Below, piece by piece: positions 62,738 through 64,000 of a DNA stretch of 64,000 bases. A program made the position numbers and the translations under genes. The number at the start of each line of letters is the position of its first letter. Positions within the stretch are counted from its first letter, which is position 1. This DNA is from Octopus sinensis (Eukaryota). The notes below the pieces were generated by a model. It ran no database searches. It worked only from the letters and a program-made list of their open reading frames with translations, and was not told the origin of the DNA. The DNA lies in contig NC_043018.1 of assembly GCF_006345805.1 (NCBI RefSeq), positions 23,436,001 to 23,500,000 of the forward strand, given 5' to 3'.

Positions 62738-63360
62738 GCCAGGTGTACTGTGAAATGTTGCCAGGTGTGCTGTGAGATGTATTCAGTTGTGCTGTGAAAT
62801 GTAACCAGGTGTGCTGTGAAATGTTGCCTGGTGTGCTGTGAAATGTAGCCAGGTGTGCTGTGAAATGTTGCCAGGTGTGCTATGAAATGTAACCAGGTAT
62901 GCTGTGAGATGTATTCAGTTGTGCTGTGAGATGTAGCCAGATGTGCTGTGAAATGTAACCAGGTGTGCTGTGAAATGTTGCCAGGTGTGCTGTGAAATGT
63001 AACCAGGTATGCTGTGAGATGTAGCCAGATGTGCTGTGAAATGTAACCAGGTGTGCTGTGAAATGTTGCCAGGTGTGCTGTGAAATGTTGCCAGGTGTGC
63101 TGTGAAATGTAGCCAGGTGTGCTGTGAGATATATCCAGGTGTGCTGTGAAATATAGCCAAGTTTACCATAAGATGTAGTCAGATGTGCCTTGAGATGTAT
63201 AAGTAAATGTATCATGTCCTGTATTGTGAGGAATAGCCGGGTGTGCCATGAGATTTTGCCAGGTATGCTTACAGATGTAGCTAAGTTTGTCATGAAATAT
63301 ACCTAGGTATGCTGTGAAATGTAGCCAGAAATGTGAGATATAGCCCGGTGTGTTGTGAAA
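62738..63360. repeat. 22-bp minisatellite (CCAGGTGTGCTGTGAAATGTWR), ~28 copies, in intron 9
   Basis: Direct reading of the unit. Confidence 0.92.
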
Positions 63361-64000
63361 ATAATAAAATTGTTTATTTAAAAATAATGGGAAAAATAAA
63401 AATTCAAATTCTATATTTTAAATAGAAACATAATTAAATAAGAACATAATTAATATTGGTTTCACATTTTGCCACAAGACCAGCAAGTCGTTTACATCGA
63501 CCCCAGTGTTCAACTGGTACTTATTTTATTGACCTTGAACAGACAAAAGGTAAAGTTGACCTTGGCAGAATTTGAACTCAGAACTTAAAGACAGGAAAAT
63601 GCTGCTAAGCATTTTGCCCAGTGCTAACGATTCTGCAAGTTCACCACCTTTAGGACATGATTAATATTACGATGTCTGCAAGGTGGCAAGATGGCAGAAT
63701 CATTAGCATGTTGGGCGAAATACTTAGCAGCATTTTGTCTGCCGTTACGTTCTGAGTTCAAATTCCGCCGAGGTCAACTTTGCCTTTCATCCTTTCGGGG
63801 TCGATAAAATAAGTACTGGGGTCGATGTAATCAACTTAATTCCTTTGTCTGTCCTTGTTTGTCCCCTCTATGTTTAGCCCCTTGTGAGTAAAAAAAGAAA
63901 TAAGAATCGTTAGCATGCTGGGCAAAATGATTAGCAGTATTTCATTTGTCCTAACGTTCCGAATTCAAATTCTGCTGAGGTCAGCTTTACCTTTCATCCT

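Noticed and set aside
62738-63360. CRISPR-like regular repeats (also 20555-20945 and 36470-38995)
   Set aside because: Contiguous units with no unique spacers, no cas genes, eukaryotic intron or retroelement context.

Overview
Eukaryotic, AT-rich, microsatellite- and SINE-dense genomic DNA. The repeat families and the (TA)n/(CA)n/(ATT)n load suggest an octopod cephalopod (inference). One host gene is supported: the 5' part of a eukaryotic NADH-dependent glutamate synthase (GOGAT/GLT1-type) on the + strand. It has 9 coding exons between 31123 and 62571 (1060 nt, 353 codons, all GT-AG, phases consistent), covers the class II glutamine amidotransferase domain and continues beyond the window. The rest is repeats: tRNA-derived SINEs, RTE 3' ends, R4/Dong-like and HERO-like RLE retrotransposon remnants, a Gypsy integrase remnant, mariner/Tc1 remnants and MITEs, piggyBac-type MITEs, Helitron-like elements, minisatellites and two tandem duplications. 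The most unusual signal is a set of short non-coding elements whose 3' ends run into (TA)n tracts and which carry minimal type I hammerhead ribozyme cores (56665-56789, 48698-48732, degenerate at 11055-11090 and 13479-13507). One of them is a ~310-bp head-to-head palindrome inside intron 8 of the GOGAT gene. A second, ~1.17-kb TA-anchored inverted repeat lies at 14262-15434. Almost all ORFs in the supplied track are artefacts of simple repeats. All alignments and folds were done by eye; no database search or folding program was run.
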